Under the pieces are notes generated by a model that saw only the letters and a list, made by a program, of their open reading frames with translations, was not told where the DNA came from and did no database searches. Position numbers and translations under genes: made by a program. From Desulfatiglandales bacterium (GTDB lineage: Bacteria; Desulfobacterota; DSM-4660; Desulfatiglandales; HGW-15): a DNA stretch of 64,000 bases. Positions 63,174-64,000 of this stretch are shown in pieces. Location: positions 2,848,001 through 2,912,000 of the forward strand of contig CAXXJJ010000004.1 of NCBI GenBank assembly GCA_963667015.2, read 5' to 3'. Within the stretch, counting starts at the first letter, position 1. Each line of letters opens with the position of its first letter.

Positions 63174-63490
63174 GCTGAAATGGGGGTAATAAAAAAGCCA
63201 TCATTAATGGTATTTGGGGAAATAGGAAATATTTCTCAAATCCCCAAATAGCAGTATCAAAAATAAAATTCCGGGCTGAATTGATGTCTATTTACAAAAA
63301 TTGGCAATCTTGCCAAAAGTTGTAAATAGAAAATAAGAATCAAAATATTGTTGTAATAATAACTGGTTATCAAAAATACAAAGTCGGTAAATAGCGGGCA
63401 AAATCGGCTTTTAACCTGTCGCTTCACAAGACCACGAGGGGCTTCTTTCAATTTTTGCTGAGCATCTCGGCGTGGCTTGTGAGCTGGCCG
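63168..63490 (+). mobile_element. Integron cassette 2 (gene-less, 323 bp, paralog of cassette 1)
   Basis: Tandem near-copy of cassette 1. Confidence 0.8.
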
Positions 63491-63496
63491 TTATGT
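63409..63496 (+). other. attC site 2
   Basis: Same as attC1 up to the crossover; ends GTTATGT. Confidence 0.9.
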
Positions 63497-63558
63497 GTGT
63501 TGAATCAAATATAGAAACAACTGAATCAATTATTAAAACTTAAAAGGTATAAAATAAA

Positions 63559-63765
63559 ATGCCTCAATACTCTGGCGGTCCATACAGAAAACGAACATGG
63601 TTAAGGTCATTCTTACCTTGGTTCTTAATAAATATGGGAATAGCGGGAAAAGGAAAAGATTGTGAACAGCGTGGTGGTCAACATGAATGGTACAATTCAG
63701 ACAATGAATATTCCGAATGTTATCACTGTGCAGTTCGAAGAAAAGGTCAACTTTGGGAGAAATAA
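63559..63765 (+). CDS. Cassette 3 small hypothetical protein (possible Zn-binding C..H..CxxC)
   Basis: 68-aa ORF in cassette orientation ending 4 bp before attC3. Confidence 0.6.
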   Translation: MPQYSGGPYRKRTWLRSFLPWFLINMGIAGKGKDCEQRGGQHEWYNSDNEYSECYHCAVRRKGQLWEK

Positions 63766-63769
63766 AATC

Positions 63770-63899
63770 ACATAACAATAAAATAAACTCAGACCATGCT
63801 ACTCTCTTGCCAGATCGAGTTTAGTGCAACATGGGAACCTTGATGTTGGCATATATTTAAAATTTTAAACCGCATGGCTGGTTATTTTCAGCGTTAGCA
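63770..63899 (+). other. attC site 3 (130 bp)
   Basis: R'' ACATAAC complements cassette start GTTATGT; AAATAAACTCAGACCATGC / GCATGGCTGGTTATTT arms; ends GTTAGCA. Confidence 0.85.
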
Positions 63900-63910
63900 A
63901 GAGGAATATT

Positions 63911-64000
63911 ATGAAATTAAAGTGGAGCAGTCAGAGAGCAATGGCAAACAGCAGAATCGTTAAATCATCTGCAATATGGCTTGTTATTGTTCCATTTGCA
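63911..64000 (+). CDS. Cassette 4 ORF, 5' partial
   Basis: GAGG RBS then MKLKWSSQRAMANSRIVKSSAIWLVIVPFA running off the window. Confidence 0.6.
   Translation, partial: MKLKWSSQRAMANSRIVKSSAIWLVIVPFA

Noticed and set aside
62841..63451. Minus-strand ORFs 62841-63128 and 63257-63451 in cassettes 1 and 2
   Set aside because: They start with TTG inside the attC, are antisense to the array, and their length is not conserved between the copies (95 vs 64 aa).
62846..63899. Tandem repeats as a CRISPR array
   Set aside because: Units are ~322 bp with attC architecture next to intI; no short repeat-spacer pattern and no cas genes.

Overview
Bacterial chromosomal window, probably from an anaerobic deltaproteobacterium (Desulfobacterota-like; inferred from atpB-atpE-rex order, DUF4416-yicC-DUF370-gmk and pspF/pspA synteny). 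Left part (1.8-28 kb): two near-identical, inverted, inward-facing copies of a pyrogallol transhydroxylase-like Mo-enzyme alpha/beta gene pair. The right copy has a 1-bp frameshift and leads an operon with acetoacetate-CoA ligase, cupin and SDR. Between the copies lies an AT-rich accessory/defence island (~7.4-17.5 kb) carrying a MITE-interrupted ParB-HTH-DNA methyltransferase, a VapBC45-like TA pair, a SIR2-STAND (Avs5-like) gene, a glycine-zipper/TIR gene plus small membrane protein, and a collapsed type I R-M scar; its modules are punctuated by a dispersed ~32-bp repeat. Middle (29-59.7 kb): mostly housekeeping genes (trkAH, gmk, psp, ECF sigma, argJ, secA, uvrC, rpsF-rpsR-rplI-dnaB-hflX, ribF). 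Right end: tRNA-Leu(CAG), an S24 repressor remnant, and a chromosomal integron (intI bracketed by REP-like doublets, three attC sites) whose first two cassettes are tandem gene-less near-copies. All family assignments come from motifs recognised by eye, not database searches.
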